Below are positions 24,151 through 24,375 of a DNA stretch of 24,375 nucleotides, one piece after another. How positions within the stretch are numbered: the stretch's first letter is position 1; each line of letters opens with the position of its first letter. The DNA comes from a virus. Lineage: Duplodnaviria > Heunggongvirae > Uroviricota > Caudoviricetes. The notes under the pieces were generated by a model that was not told where the DNA came from, made no database searches, and saw only the letters and a program-made list of their open reading frames with translations. Position numbers and translations under genes: made by a program. The stretch is from positions 113,372 through 137,746 of IMG/VR virus record IMGVR_UViG_3300039008_000325; one strand, given 5' to 3'.

Positions 24151-24375
24151 ATGTCAAACATATATAAATTAACATACAGAGAAGATAATGAACCAACAGT
24201 TGAAAAATATTATGATTCTTTAGAAAAAGCTAAAACATCTGCTGAAGAATATTTAAATCAACCAGATGTTAGAAATCATAATTTAGATGTAAATGAATCT
24301 GATTGGTTAAGTTATAATATAGAATGTTACAATTATTGTGCATTTCTAGATATAAATAAAATTGAAGTTCAATAA
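24151..24375 (+). CDS. Hypothetical protein (74 aa)
   Basis: AAGGA RBS. Complete ORF ending with TAA at the last base. Confidence 0.65.
   Translation: MSNIYKLTYREDNEPTVEKYYDSLEKAKTSAEEYLNQPDVRNHNLDVNESDWLSYNIECYNYCAFLDINKIEVQ

Noticed and set aside
10404-24358. Isolated TATAAATA octamers inside CDSs (10404, 24351)
   Set aside because: They lack the extended context, and the octamer is expected by chance at this AT content.
1-24375. Stop-codon reassignment
   Set aside because: Conserved genes are full length in the standard code, and TAA, TAG and TGA all occur at credible gene ends. The in-frame TAG-ATG junction of gp53/gp13 separates two complete known proteins.
1-24375. CRISPR array, tRNA/rRNA genes, introns, inteins, integrase or transposase
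   Set aside because: No regularly spaced repeats, cloverleaf-compatible segments or unexplained interruptions were seen by eye. tRNAscan/Infernal would be needed to exclude small RNAs formally.

Overview
Very AT-rich fragment of a T4-like myovirus genome in the standard genetic code, with three transcription blocks. (1) 1-14745, + strand, late/virion genes: tail-fibre-like and LamG/ConA lectin proteins, small membrane proteins, then homologues of T4 gp48, a probable gp29-like hub/tape-measure protein, gp26, a short gp51-like ORF, gp53 and neck gp13. An HNH endonuclease sits after gp48. Four copies of an 18-nt extended T4-type late promoter (ATTATAAATAATWATATA) lie in this block. (2) 14762-23716, - strand, early/replication genes: YopX-like protein, Rnl2-type RNA ligase, an uninterrupted family-B DNA polymerase (gp43-like) and many small unknown ORFs including two paralogue sets, with GTTGATT-N16/17-TATAAT-type promoters. 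(3) 23870-24375, + strand, two small ORFs from a divergent promoter. Most interesting signals: a T-TTT-TTC slippery site that would fuse gp26 to the gp51-like ORF by -1 frameshift (lambda G/GT-like); a perfect 21-bp hairpin burying the HNH RBS and start codon with a late promoter in its loop; a non-coding element upstream of the polymerase with a near-copy of the 16S anti-SD tail next to a strong hairpin; a third member of a tandem paralogue family split at another slippery heptamer; and two intergenic hairpins sharing a GUAGUU/AACUAY stem. Family assignments come from recognised motifs, not database searches.
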